Part shown: one piece after another, positions 27,694 through 40,600 of the stretch
How the letters are laid out: the number at the start of each line of letters is the position of its first letter
Position numbering within the stretch: position 1 is the first letter of the stretch
From: the human T2T-CHM13v2.0 reference genome, Homo sapiens
Reading direction: 5' to 3' (one strand)
Assembly (NCBI RefSeq): GCF_009914755.1
Contig: NC_060926.1
DNA: 64,000 nt
Notes under the pieces: generated by a model
Database searches by the model: none
Told to the model about the DNA's origin: nothing
Seen by the model: the letters and a program-made list of their open reading frames with translations, nothing else
Position numbers and translations under genes: made by a program

Positions 27694-29430
27694 AGGGTGA
27701 GGCTTAAGGAATGGATGGGACCCTAGGAAGCAAGTGTAGGAGAAACCCTGGCCAAAGGCAGAAAGAGAAACATTCAAAGTGAAGGAACAGGATGAACTGC
27801 CTGTGAACTTAGAGAGTTGGGGGATGCGTGGAACATGATAGAATATGAAGCTGTGAGCACAGGTCAGGTCAGGTCATAGAAGCCTGCAGGAGCCCATGGT
27901 AAGGAGTTTGGAAATAAGGGATCAAGGCAGCCCTTGGTCTGGTGGACCCTAGGTGAAGAAAGAGCCCCCACTCAAGGTCACAGGAAGATTGAGGTGAATC
28001 TGTGACTAGATCTAGGTCTCCCAGTCGCACTACCCACGGCCCAAGCTGGCAGCCACCTCTGTTCAATCCTTGGACCTAAGGGACAGGGGCACAAACCCAG
28101 GGAAAGAGAAGGGAATATTTCTGTTAATTTTATGATGATTTCAAAAAATGTTAAGGAGAAAAATAGAAGCAAATTTTCTATCATCTTAGAGGGCATGAGA
28201 ATGTTCCAGCTGGAAGGCAGTCTTCAGTCCCACCCGCACCCACTGGTGTGCAGCCCTGGGTCAGGGGCTGTAGGCACGGAGGGGACCTCTGAGGCCAGAT
28301 ATCACTGCTCAGTAAATAGGCCTTGTCATCCAGTGTCATCAGTTTGGAAACAGCAGGCTAGTGGGTGAGGTTGTAACTGTTCCTAGGACTTTGGCTCCCT
28401 TTTAGATAAATGGCAGAAATTCCCATTTGGACCACAGGAAAGCCAGAAGGGCTCTTCACTAAAACCCTAAGTCCAGGCAAGAAGTCAGAGTGTTTCATGG
28501 TTCCTAGGAGGGTTTGCCTGCATAGGGCCTCAGGTGTCACACGTCCGACTCAGGCTGGACGAGCGACCCACAGGTGCCGCCCGCAGGTGGTTTCATTCTG
28601 TCTCACCTGGAAGCTGGAGCCCGCTCTTGGCCTTCAGGGTTTATTCTGAGGCCAACTCTTCTTTGGAAAAGAAGTAGGGGAAGAAATGCATATCTGATCA
28701 GACCGGGGAGGGAGGGCAACATTCCGCTTGGGAGGCGCGTGGAGCAGCAGCGGGACGTTCTGTTTGTGTAAAGCCCCCATTTGTCCCCACAGTGTCAGCA
28801 TGCGTCGCGCTCCCTGCTCCTGGATGAATTACCCTCTGGGCCTGCCTGACACTGTCTTTGCTGGGCTTTCTCAGTATATTTCACAACTGCTCTGAGTTTA
28901 TAATTTTTTCAGGTCCTTTATCAAATATGTGTCATACATACCAATGGGATGGGAAGCATTTATCACCTAGCTGGGTTCTTACTTGAGCTCTGAAAAAAAT
29001 GATTTGGCCACACAACCTTTCTCAAGGCTCTGATTTAATGGACTTCTCTGCTGCAAAGCCACTGAAATTCTTTGCCTTTTAATATTTGACATCTCTTCCT
29101 CTTTATTACCATCTCATACAGCCCTTATAGGCCAGCCAGAACGAGCCCATTAGTCTCTGACAAATAACTTGTGTCGTTTGGTGAAAAATATGCAGAAGTT
29201 TGGCTGCAACTTCATCTCCAGCCTTGGTTCTGTTTGTGGCTTCACTCTCCTCTAGGCAAAGCATCCAGCCCCAGGCAGAGCCTCTTCCAGTCCCCATTCC
29301 CTCGTGCCACTTGCCGCTGCATCCACAGAGCCATTTTACACTCACCACTTAGAACCAATGGGGTTTGAGACGGGTCGTTAGAGGGGATATCTGGTCCATA
29401 ACTCGGGGGTGAGAACTGAATGGGAGCTAT

Positions 29431-29664
29431 GGCCTCAAGAAGCTTTGCTCACTTTCACTCACTCTCCGGGGACCCCTGGCACCACTATCATAGGAATGAG
29501 CCTGGGCTAGCCTGTTGGAGCATGAGAGACCGCGTGGAGCAGAAATGAGTTGTCCCAGATGAGACATTTAGACCGGCCAGTCTCTGCCAATATCAGCCAG
29601 GCCTGACCTAGATCTGCTGAGTGTAGCCCAAACTGCCAAACCAGAGTCACAGTCTAAATAAGTG
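29431..29664 (+). repeat. Inverted copy of 30280-30513 (MLT1-derived)
   Basis: 234 bp, ungapped, 19 mismatches to the reverse complement of 30280-30513 (aligned by hand). Confidence 0.95.
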
Positions 29665-30116
29665 CTCATAGCAGCATTGTTTACAATAGCAAAATGGTGG
29701 CAGCAACCCAAGCGTCCATCAAAGGATGAATGGTTAAACAGTATGTGGTATCTACATACAGTGGAATATTAGCCAGCCTTAAAAAGGAGGGAAATCCTGA
29801 TGCATGCTACCATGTGGGTGAACCTTAAGGACATTATGCTAGGTGAAATAAAGCCATTCACAGGACAAATATTGCATAATTCCACTTATAAGAGGGTCTA
29901 AAATAGTCAAACTCATAGAGACAGAAAGTAGAATGGTGGTTGCCGGGGATGAGTGGAGGGGAGGTGGGGAGTGGTTGTTTAATGGGTGTGGAGTTTCCGT
30001 TTGTGAAGATGAAAAGGATTCCAGAGGATTGCCCAACAGTGTGAATATACTTAACACAACTGAACTGGACACTTTAAAATGGGTACATTTTACCACAACT
30101 AAAAAAAAAAAAAAAG
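29665..30116 (+). mobile_element. L1MB-type LINE-1 3' end with poly(A)
   Basis: catagcagcattgtttacaatagc...acattatgctaggtgaaataa...gacagaaagtagaatggtggttgcc...A tail. Confidence 0.9.
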
Positions 30117-30203
30117 AATTAGCCTCAAACTGAACTAGCAAAGGTGAAACCAACACAGGGAAAGTTCCCTGAGCACTTGAGTCCATCATCTATTCATGCC
30201 TTG

Positions 30204-30657
30204 TGTATCAGTTAGCTCTTGCTGCTTAACAAACAATTCTAAAATTCAGTGACTTAAAATTGAGTGTTTTAAAAACAGCCACTTATTTAGATTGTGATCC
30301 TGGTTTAGCAGTTTGGACTACACTCAGCCAATCTAGGTCAGGCCTGGCTGATATTGGCAGAGACTGGCTGGTCTAAATGCCTCATCTGGGACAGCTCGTT
30401 TCTGCTCCACACAGTCTCTCATGCTCCAACAGGCTAGCCCAGGCTTGTTCCTATGGTGGTGGTGCCAGGGGTCCCTGGAGAGTGAGTGAAAGTGAGCAAA
30501 GCTTCTTAAGGCCGTGACTCACATTTTCACAGGGTCACTTCCACCACATTCTGTAGTCCAAAGCAAATCACAAAGCCAGCCAAGATTCAAAGGGTAGGGA
30601 AATCATCTCCACCTCTTGACGGGGGAAGCTACAAAGAATATTTGCCATCCATCACAC
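30204..30657 (-). mobile_element. Old MaLR LTR (MLT1H/I/J-like)
   Basis: tgtatcagttagctcttgctgcttaacaaac...gtcacttccaccacattct...ctccacctcttgacggg. Confidence 0.8.
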
Positions 30658-30664
30658 CAGATAT

Positions 30665-31460
30665 ATATATATGTATGCCAGGCCCTGTGCTGAGTGTCGA
30701 AGATAAAAATATGAATAAAACATAGTCTAGTGCAGGAGGCAGACATGTAAATAAATAATTACAACTCCTAGTATCGATAAAGAAGTGAGCACAAGTTGTT
30801 CTGCCAGCCTCCGGAGGAGGGCAGAGGGCAGAGGGTGTGGGAGGAAGAGGGGAAGGAGGCAAAGAGGCCCAGGACAAAATAACACTTTCCCTGGTGGTGA
30901 AGGATAAATACTGCTTGGCCAGATGGAGGAAGGGGAGGGAAGATCCAGGCGGAGGGGACGGAGACTTGGAGTGGGGACGTGTGTGGGGTGCAAGGAGGCT
31001 TCGCTGGGGAGCAAAGGGTCCCCTGGGAGTGGAGGAGGAGCGGAGGGAACGGGGAGACCTCCCAGAGGGCTGTGCTGCCCCTTCAGCCCCGAAGGATTTG
31101 TGTGGCCAGTGGCTGTGAGGATGCAGTGTGGAGGTGGCCTGGAGGGGGACAGGCTGGAAACAGGGAGACATCCTCAGAGGCTGTTGCAGTGACTCAAGTG
31201 AAAGATGAGGGCAGCTCACTCAGGGTGCTGGAGGGCCTAGGGCAGGAGAGGCTGGATCCTGAGAATTCTAGGAGGTAAAAAGATGGGACTTGGTGTGATG
31301 AGGGAGGGGAGGAGTCTGGGGAAGGCCTGCGGATTGCGGGCAGTGGACCGTCTTCCACGGGAAGAGGAGCTCCATGCTGGGCGCTGAGTCGAGCATCCTG
31401 GGCATGCAGGAGGAAGTGGGGAAAGGGGCAAAGAGGCCTGGGACAAAAATCTGAGCATGG
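30665..31460 (-). mobile_element. L2 LINE fragments
   Basis: tatgccaggccctgtgctgagtg...atgaataaaacatagtc...gaggctgttgcagtgactcaagtgaaagatga. Confidence 0.65.
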
Positions 31461-31668
31461 GGAAGCCACTTCCGTGAGCAAGGCCAGGGTGTGCAGTCCC
31501 ACAGACGTAGGCGGGCATCCCGCTCAAAGCCGAGGAGACCCAAAAACAACCTCTGGGGCCGACCAACAGGGACAGATGCTGAGGCCAAGTCTTCATCCCA
31601 CCTGGTAGGCTCAGCTGCCAGGACTCCACTCGCCAGACCCCACCGAGCCTCCATGCAGGGAGGGTCAT

Positions 31669-31887
31669 GGGCTCTCTAGGCCATCTTCTCCTGGGGTCTC
31701 TAGGCCATCTTCTCCTGGGCTCTCTAGGCCATCTTCCCCTGGGGTCTCTAGGCCATCTTCCCCTGGGGTCTCTAGGCCATCTTCCCCTGGGGTCTCTAGG
31801 CCATCTTCTCCTGGGGTCTCTAGGCCATCTTCTCCTGGGGTCTCTAGGCCATCTTCTCCTGGGGTCTCTAGGCCATCATCTTCTCCC
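31669..31887. repeat. 24-bp minisatellite (VNTR), ~9 units of CTCTAGGCCATCTTCYCCTGGGGT
   Basis: taggccat recurs at exact 24-nt spacing from 31677 to 31869. Confidence 0.98.
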
Positions 31888-34094
31888 GCAGAATCCTGGA
31901 GCAGGATAGTGCAGGGTGCCAGGTGCTTCTGGAAGTCCACTCTGAAGACCCAGCCCCGAGGCCTGCAAATCTCCCACACCTGAGAATAGGCCATGTTGTT
32001 GGAAGATCTCCCCAGACCCCGCAGCAATCCCACACACCTCACTTGGAAGCTTCTCAGAGATCAGGGAGTGTCCTTTGCCAAAACATGGGGCAGGGAGGAG
32101 GGCAGCCTGTGCCCAGCGGGTCCTGGTGTCCCCTTGTGGATTCTGGGTCTCCCCACCGACAGGCACAGCCTGAGAGCCTAAGCTCCTGCTTCGCCGGCCG
32201 GGCAGGCAGTGGGCAGCAGCCCGCACACACCAGCCAATCGATACTAGGAATGCACTTGGGGCCTGCTGGGAATCCCCTGGTGAGCACTTTCATAAATTGA
32301 AAAATTCTTCTGAAAGTGAATAATCTTCCCCAACTATTAAATCCAGATTTCCACCAAGTGAGATTCAGAGAGAGCAGAAAGCACCTACATTAGGATGGGG
32401 ACACCTGAACCTCCAAGCGCCTTCCAGGTCTAGCTCCAGAATTCCTGGAGCAGAAGGTGTCACGGCCGGGGCTGGGGCTTTAGATAGAATCATTGCCGGG
32501 ACCTCGATTTGAAAGGAAGGTCTTCAGAAACCCTCAGGATGCCTCGGGCCCAGAAAGAGTAGGCATTTGTGTGCTGTTGTGTTTTCCAGGCCCCTAAGCA
32601 CTGATTAACTCAGCAGGCATGTGGGGCCACATCTGTCACTCTCTGCAGCATGACACCCAGGGGGCTACCAAGCAGGTGTCTCTGCCCTTCTGTGCTAGAG
32701 GAAACAGAGGCCCAGAAAGCTGGGGTGCTGGCCCAGGGTCACACACCAATTAGTGGCAGTGCTGGAACAAGAACCAGGATCCAGGTCTTCAGAATCCCAG
32801 CCCAGAATTCTGTCCCCTCCCCTACCGCTTCACTCAAAAAGGGGATGTCATCTACCTGGCTCGTGGTTTGGGCATTAATTCGGCTGGTGACTCTTTCTGG
32901 AGATACGTGTGAGCATGGCAGCTGAGCCTTATCCAGCCTGGCCCTGCAACTGGCCCTGTGCTGTCTCCCCTCCGCCTGGGCTGTGCGCAGGCGCCGCTGG
33001 GCTCTCTACCTTGTCTCTAGCCCAGGCCTCTATCCACCGCCTCCTACCCCATCCCCCAGGTGTCCCACAGGCCCCACCCCACAACTGATCTTCTTGTTCC
33101 CTCCCTTCCTGATGTCCCACCACCATCCCCTCCAAAAACCTGTTAGTGGTCTCCATGCCTCCCCCTCCCCACTTCCTTCCTGCACTGAGCCCCACGGGGT
33201 CCACACGCTCCTGTTTCTCTGTCCTGCTGTTGCTGTGTAATTCCGGCCTTCTCACCTCTCCCTCGGAAAGACCGTCACCATCAGCAGCACTGCACACTCC
33301 CACCCGCTGAGCGCTCCCTGTGTGCCCGCCACATGCTGTCTCATGGAACCTTCAACAAGTGTGGACCCTGAGGCTCTGAGGATGTGGGTCCCCTTTCCCA
33401 AGGTCACAGAGCTGATAGGAGGCCCAGTGCAGGTTCACCCTCAGGTCTGGCTTCGAGGCTCAACTCTCTGCACGGCGCTATCTTGCCTCCCATTGGCCTC
33501 CCAAGCCACTCCCCATCCTGCCTCTGTGTGGATTTGTCTGAAACCCAAGTCTAACCTTGCCACTTCCTGTCCAGAATCCCCTGTGGCTCCCTGGTGCCCC
33601 AGGATGAAGCTGGAGCTCCCAGGCAAGACTTTTGCGATCTGGCCCCGCCCACCGCCTCATTGTGTTCCCTGTTGCCCATGGCCCTTTTGTCCACCTGCAC
33701 CTGCCCCCTCGTGCTCCTGCACCCTCCCACACCCTCCCGCACCCTCCCGCGCCCTCCCACTGGTGCTCTGAGCCTGTTGGTCTCTGTCTGTAGCTCCCAC
33801 CCCCCTTGCTCCGGGTCTGAGCTCACCCCACGTAGATCCTTCCTGAAGTCCCAGCCAGAGCCCCCTTCCGCACCCCTGGAGATGCTCTGCTGTGACTCCA
33901 GACTCAGTGTGACTTGGGGTTGGCGGGGTCAGTGATTCGGCCTTGCCCATGGCTCCCAGAGGGCAGGGCCCCCAACCCCGATCCCTGAACATGCATGTGG
34001 CGTGTTCTCCAGGAGCCCCTCCCACCGTCTTCCTTGGTCTTCAGCAGAGCCCAGTGTGTCCTCACCAAAAAGGGCCTGCCTGGCAATCAGGGAG

Positions 34095-34200
34095 CAGAAG
34101 CAGGATCCTCAATCCCCATTTTACAGATGCAGAAGCAGAGGCTCAGAGAGACAAAGGGTCTTGGCCAAGTGTCAGAAGCAGGGCTGGGGCCAGGAAGGAG
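34095..34200 (-). mobile_element. MIR core
   Basis: atccccattttacagatgcagaagcagaggctcagagag. Confidence 0.7.
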
Positions 34201-35411
34201 TCCTGGCGGGCAGCCGGCCCTGGCCCATGTGGACAGCAACAACCAATGAGGCTGGAGCAGGGGCGATGGCCGGTGGGGCTGGAGAGCAGGGCTCAGCTCT
34301 GCAGGCCACCCTCTCCCACACACCTGCCAAGGGAAATCGCCTGGCCTGAAGACAGTCTAGGTCATTCTGGCCCAAGGATCAGGGCCTCTGACGCGCAGCT
34401 GCCAGCAACATTAAGGGCAGGCTTTGCCCAGGGGATCCTGGGGGCAGGCAGATGAGGCAAGGCTGTTGTGGGGAGCAGTGGTCAACTGAAGGCCCTAACT
34501 TTTGCCAATGAAAGAGAGTGTGCAACCCCAACAGGGTGACTGGCAGGCTCTTCCCTCCTTCTCCTTTCTAAGCCTTGGGGTGGGTCTGGGAGAAGCTTCT
34601 GACATCCCCAGGTCTGGAGCCCATGGGCCCGGGCACTGTCTGTGCCAGCCCCAGGTCCAAGACACCGGGCACAGGTAGGTGTGCAGCAGAGTGGGAGCCT
34701 CCGAGGCCACTTCCTGGGATCTGCCGGGCTGTAAAGCAGGCTCTGCCCCATGTCAAAGCCCCAGGAGAGGGTGGGTGTCCTGAGAGACTCAACTGGGACA
34801 TGGGAGGAGGCGCAGAGGGTCCCTGTCCCTTGCTTGCTTGCTTTCCCGAAAAGTCCCCACAAGTGTGAAACAGAAGGAGGTGCTTGCCAGGCCTCCCATG
34901 GCCCCCTCCTTTCTCGGGGTCTCCTCCCACGCCATGGCTGTGAGTGTCTAACATAAGGGACGCTGTTTTTGCAGGTTTTGTGGTTGTGATTCCTTTGAAC
35001 CATATCCAGCCCATCTTACATCACAGTGCCATGCTTGACTTGGTCTCCAATACATCGGCACCCATTGGCATTTGGAGAACTTGCTCCGTAGTTATTTGAC
35101 AGTTTTTAGTTGTCTGTGATAATGTATTCTCTATGTTTCCAATCGTCAGTATGGGAATCTCTCCCCCAACCTTTCAATTTCTGGGTTTGATTTTTTGTAT
35201 CATATTTGGTTTTTTTGCTTTTTAAAGTTGTGATTCCTTTGGTTATTAGCCCCTCCCAGTGGCTGCTTGTTTATGCATTATGTTTGTGACTTCTTTTGAC
35301 TGTCAGTGTTGAGCCAGTCTTGCCAAGAAACAATATCAAGTATTTCCTATTTCTCTACTTCTTGAAAAAAGAAAAAAAACTTTTTTTAATTAAAAAAAAA
35401 AAAACTCTTAA

Positions 35412-35627
<216 letters not shown>

Positions 35628-37627
35628 TAGGACGCTTTTGTGTCGCTTTTCTCTTCCCCTCTCTTGCAGGTTCCTGAAGCGTGACTCCCTGTCACAGAGC
35701 CAGTAGCCATCTCTCCTCCTCCTCCTCCTCCTCCCCAGTACCCTCTCACACACAGCCTCAGAGCAGCCACTGCGCCCAGCACCCGCCCCCACCCACAGCT
35801 TTGCTGTCACCAGCTTTGCTGGTCACCAGGGGCCTCTGCCAGCAGTAGACAACACCGTGCCCCACCCCTGAGATCCCAGGTTCTCAGTGGCTCACAAGCT
35901 GTCCCTGAGATTAGGGGGGACTGTAGGCTCCATTTTAAGGGATCACTACACACTGCCCCCACCGGGCCAGAGCAGGATCCCCAGTGCCATCGTCCCTGCT
36001 GTCGGTGGTGACTAATGCCAGGAAAGCGCATCGGCCAGGCTGTCCCTGCTGAGGAGCACAAGGTGCCCCCGGGGCTGCTTTTCCCCAGCCCAAGTAGGGG
36101 AGAAGAGACTTGTAGCAATGCCTGGGCCACACTGCATGTCTGATCCTTGTGCAGTGAGCCTAAACCGGCGCTGTGGAGCATAGACCAGGTGTGTCCTAAA
36201 CACGGTCTCTCTCAACCCTTGCTCCCTCCCTCCTGCCCTCTGCCCTGGCTATTTCTACCTGAATGAGTCTTATTGGTGCATGAGCATCTTTTTTTTTTTT
36301 CCTCCATTATGTTGATTTTTTAATTTGTCTGCTTCATACCTTTGCAAAGAAGTCAGGGGCCACCTTCCAGCTCCGTAGTAAGGGAGAGCAGCCAAGGGGC
36401 CAGCCCAGGGTAACGCTCACGTTTCTCTCAGCCCTCAGCAGATTAACGCCGCTGCTCCTCTTGCCTTGCAGCCTCTCCGGGGCAGACGCTGAGCCGGGAC
36501 TGTGCTCAGAGGGAGGACAGGACCTCTGCTTCCCAATGCCGTGTTTGGACTTGCCAACTAACCCCGGAGTGACTGTGTTTTGTTTCAGGATGGATCCCTG
36601 GCTGGCATCTCCTCTCCGATCCGGCCTTTCACATAGAGCCCAGCTGCCCTGTGGGCAGGCTCTGGCTGGCCACATGCCGGCCCTCAGCCTCGCAGGAAGG
36701 GGCAGGCTCTTTGGGACTTCCCATCTCATGGACACCTCAGGTCTCCTGCCCCCGGTGCTTGGGCTCTCTCTGTCCAAGCACAGGGGTTAGGGGCATGTGG
36801 TCTGGGGTGAAGGGACATGTCTAGTGGCCTCACCAGGCCAGGGAGGACTCTGTGCTGCCACTCTTGACAAATCCTGGACAGCAGGGGCCCGCATCGGGCT
36901 GCCGGATCATGGATGAGCGTCCTAGGGTCTTGGGCCTGGCTCCAAACCAGCTAGAGAGGACAGAAAGGGGGCAGGTCAGTGCTGAGCGGCAGCCTAGTCC
37001 CCAGCTAGAACGTGGTGGGTGAGAGGAGCACAGGGCCCTCGGATGGCTTTCAGAGACCGCACATTGAAAGCCAGACTTGCACACAACAGAGAAGAACACG
37101 TGCTAGGAGGGAACCCAAAGTAGTGAAGGCTTCTTGGGCTGAGAAGAGGGAGGAAGAGCATTCCAGGCCGGGGATGGGGCATGAGTGGGGAAGGGCAGGG
37201 TGGGGCAGATGGCCCTCCCAGAGGGGGCTGCACTGGGGCAGGCAAGCCCTGACCCCATGCTAGGACCTGGGCATGGTCTGAGGTGGGTAACTTCAAGAGC
37301 AGTGGGGAGGGGACGCCCACCTGAAGGAAGGAGAACAGTAGGATGTGTCTCGGTGGCCCTCATCAGAAAGGATGGGGCTGGAGGAGAGAGGACATCCCCA
37401 CCTTGGCAGGTAGGAGACCTGGGTCCTACGCCTGACTCCGCCGCTTGTCTTGTGACCTCAGACTGGTCACGTCCTCTCCTGCGCCCTGGGCTTTCTCATC
37501 TATAAATCAGGAAATTGGTTCAAGTGATGCCCAGGTCTCCTTGCAGCTCTGACACCTCCGGGGGATGGGCAGAGGATGGGCAGGACCAGGACGGAAAGGC
37601 AAGCACCAGGACCCAAGGAGGTGAGGT

Positions 37628-37664
37628 GTCACGGGCATCAGAGGTCACGGGCATCAGAGGTCAC
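37628..37664. repeat. 16-bp tandem duplication (GTCACGGGCATCAGAG x2.3)
   Basis: Read directly from the sequence. Confidence 0.9.
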
Positions 37665-40600
37665 AGGGAGGAGAGCAGGTCCACAGGCCAGTGTCGGGAG
37701 AGCTGGGGAGATGAGCAGTTGACCATCTGGTGTGTCAAGCTGAGCAGCCTGACGGACGCCCAGGTCCCCAGGTTGGGCCACCTGTAGGCAGCCAGGTGCA
37801 TGGAACTGAACCCAGAGAGGTCTGAGGTTTGTAGAGATGGGGCTGGGGGGCCTTCAGCATACAGTAAGGTCACACAGGAAAAAGGAGGGGAAGCCAAAGC
37901 CAAGCCCAGGGTGCCCTGTGGCTGAAAGTCGCCGTGTTCGTTTGCAGCCACAGAGCACACATGACCAAGAAGTGCCTTCTTGGGAGGAAAGCCAAGTCTT
38001 TACAAGAAGATGGCTTCCTTTCCTGCCGTGTAAAATCATAGAGAATTTCACATTCTTGGTGGTCAAGAGAGAAGCTGATGTAACCATGTCTTTTCAGTCC
38101 CCTTGGCATCCGTGACCCTGGAGACTTACTGTGCAGTGGCCGGATTGGCCCAGTGCAGAGCCATGGCCCTGCCCTTTGACCCCAAGCAGTGGCTCCACGC
38201 TCAGGCAGCTGCACTCTTGTAAGGGGAGGGAGTAGGGACCTTCTCTGGGACCTCTGTCCTGGTGTAGACCTCCGTGGGGATCAACATTGGCCCTCCCTGG
38301 GTGAGCCCTGCCAGGGGCAGGTGATCCCTCCCTGCTGTCCCCGCATCCCCAGGTCTGGAGGCTCAGACTAGACTCCCACCACCAGCCTGGGACAGGTGAT
38401 GTGTCCACCACTCCAGCCCCAGGGAGGACAATGACCCAGCACCCAAGCCTGGCAAGGACGGTGCCTGCCAGACCCAACCCCAGTGCAGACGCCCTGCCCC
38501 ACAGCCACAGGACAGAATGGGAATTCAAGTCACTCACTGGCTCGTCACTCAGCAAACACACAGGAGCCCCTCCTGGGGCCGGGGCTCACACCAAACACCA
38601 GCTGAGCCCACAGTCTGGTGGGGACACGCTGCAGACAGGCAAGGAGACGAGCAGAGACGATGCTTCAGAGACTTGTGGTCCAAGGGCCTGGCTGTGGGGG
38701 AGGGTCATTCAGAGAGGCTCCTTGGAGAGGTGGCATCTGATGTGGGTTATGAAGAATGGGCATTGTCCGGGCAGACAAGTGGGGAAGAGCAAGGTCGAAA
38801 GGCGGGAGGGGGTCTCAGGTCCCACAGGTGACTCCACGTTGCTGCAGGGCCGGGTATGAGGGTGGCTTGCAGGGGACGCGGCTGGAGGGAGGCTAGACCT
38901 GGGTCACAGGAGCCTGGGGGCGTTGCGACCAGATGTGTGTTTTGTAAAGATGACAGTCAGACCATGAGCGGGAGAGCTGGGTCTCAGTGTCCTCTCCCAG
39001 CCTGCGGCCGAGTCCCTTTGGGCTTGGCTGCCCCCCATGGCCATGCAGAAGGGTCCCGGCAAAGTCCTGCCCAGAGCCCCACACCCTTCACCCTCTTCCC
39101 TGAGCATGTGTGGGTGGCAGCACCTCGGTAGAGTGGACAGGTGTGGCTTGGAAGCCAGATAACGAGACTCCCATGTCTCATCTTGGATGCTGGCACAATG
39201 GCGTCACCCACACCTGTCACCAAGTTACCAAGGGTGGGCCTGAGCCACACAAATCCCCAAGACCCAGGGAGACTGGGTGCATGCCCATGCGTGTGTCCTG
39301 CAGCTGATGACACGCCCAGGCGTTCATTCATGGGCGGAGTCCTCTCTTCTGAGCAGAGCTGGGTACCAGCCACCTGCCCCATGCCTGTCCCTCACCCACC
39401 ACTGCCCATGGATTCCTCTCATTGCTCCAGACAGTGCCCAGTTCCAACTTGCAAAATGAAAACATCTGATCTCTGAGGTGCATGAGGGTGGATGAGGGCC
39501 TCCATCCTGATGTCTGGAAGGAAGGGCATTTCTAATCCTGGATGAGTCTGTGGCTAATGGTGGGATTGCAAACATTCTAGTAGTTGGGCCTAGCCATTCC
39601 TCTGCTGAGCAGAGGCTGCGTCCCGGACTCTGGCCTCTCCTGGGCACCCCCACCCCCAGAAGTAGGTGACTCCAGGAAGCTCTGGTCTTCTGACAGACCC
39701 CATGGGGCCTGTGTGGCTGGGGAGCACCAGCCTGCCCTCACTCTATACCCCACCCCCCTGCGTCAGCTTCATAGAGAGGGTTAGTGCTGCCCGTCTGCCC
39801 TGCTGCAGTCCCTCCAAAGCCACATCATGACCTGATGGGCCAGCAGCACCCCAAGCCATTCACTCCATGGGGCCCGGTAGGACAGGACAAGAAATGGCTT
39901 GGGGCAGGGACAGAACAGCCACCTGTGGAGGACGCAGCCCTCGTCAGCGACCAGGGTCACCCATCACGGGGGTGTCCCCTCTGGGGTCCCTGTTCAGAGA
40001 GAAGAGGCCTAAGGAGCACTGGGGTCCAGTCCCAAGACAGTCTGATGTCCAGGGATACAGAGGCGCCCCCACCCCCTCACAGCTCTGCAGGCCATGCACG
40101 AAGGCCTGTGTGGATGAGAACCGTGTGTGTTGGTAAGAGGCACAGCCCTCGCCCTCTGGGGCCTCGCCTCCTCTTTGAACTCAGATTCTGAAAGAGCCCC
40201 CATCACATTCCCCTGTGCCTCTGCGGCCTTTCCCTGCAGATCATCTGCCCAGCGGCCCCCTCCACCCCACAGGTGACCCTCACAAGGGGCCAGGAGGAAC
40301 AGAGCCACAGCCATGCCTCCTGTGGCCAGGGGTCCTCCTCAGTCTAGACAGCACCTGCGATGCTCCACGGCACCTGTGTCCCTCCTCCTGTGCCTGGTGG
40401 CCAGGACCCACTCCCTGGCTCAGACTGTGGGCAAGACAGGCAGCACCCCTCAGGGCAGCCATGTGAGTCCCATCGCACCTGTCACTCAGCCATGGACTGT
40501 CCGTCTGCCCAGCACCCCTCCCCACCGGGGGACTTCACGGCTCTTAGGGTCAGTGCATATGTGTGCGTGTGCATGTGCTTGCACATCCTGAAGTCCCCCT

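Noticed and set aside
31665-32042. ORFs with (GEDGLETP)n or (LGSLGHLL)n repeats; superficially CRISPR-like array
   Set aside because: A 24-bp VNTR is open because its unit is 3n. There are no unique spacers or cas genes, and the DNA is human intron.
35381-35398. 18-bp palindrome T7-AATT-A7
   Set aside because: Low-complexity homopolymer juxtaposition.
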